A DNA stretch of 36,321 nucleotides, taken from Verrucomicrobiota bacterium. GTDB taxonomy: Bacteria; Verrucomicrobiota; Verrucomicrobiia; Limisphaerales; CANJXF01. This document shows positions 36,181 to 36,321 of the stretch, one piece after another. Location of the stretch: the NCBI GenBank assembly GCA_038214755.1, contig JBBQRQ010000050.1:1-36321 (forward strand), given 5' to 3'. Below the pieces are notes generated by a model. It was not told the origin of the DNA, did not search any database, and saw nothing but the letters and a program-made list of their open reading frames with translations. Position 1 is the stretch's first letter. Every line of letters starts with the position of its first letter. Both the position numbers and the translations under genes were made by a program.

Positions 36181-36321
36181 ATTTGTAGCGGGGGGGGGGG
36201 GGGGGGCGCGCGGGAGGAGAATTTTGTTTTGGGGGGGGGGGGGCCACCCCCGCCCCAAAAAAATTTTTTATTTGGGGGGGGAGACGAAGAGCCCGCCGAA
36301 CAACAAGAAGGAACGCCCAAC

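Noticed and set aside
36181..36321. Poly-G/poly-C/poly-T low-complexity tail
   Set aside because: Looks like low-quality contig-end sequence, possibly a read failing in a GTAG hairpin; not interpretable.

Overview
Bacterial chromosomal segment. Gene content, C-terminal '...FYR/FLR' secreted-protein domains, leaderless-type promoters and dense REP/heptamer repeats suggest Verrucomicrobiota (Pedosphaera-like); this is an inference. The housekeeping backbone comprises a HAD-NUDIX fusion, a nucleoside MFS transporter, folB, a Zn-dependent dehydrogenase, the futalosine menaquinone genes mqnE and mqnA, an Mla/MCE ABC system, a KamA-family radical SAM enzyme, nth, a lipoate ligase, a two-component system with a vWA gene and a tandem thymidylate-kinase-like pair. 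The most unusual part is 10.1-16.9 kb. There mqnE is surrounded by small toxin-antitoxin and defence-like cassettes separated by diverged copies of mqnE's own termini (one 5' copy, two 3' copies), and no integrase is present. Many cassettes are decayed, often on the toxin side. The window also holds a complete ISKra4-like IS with a 9-bp TSD, inserted in an 11-bp-periodic OmpR/PhoB-type box array, and MITEs that share its ends but carry REP doublets. Palindromic elements have entered coding sequence, including a 44-codon in-frame insert in MqnE.
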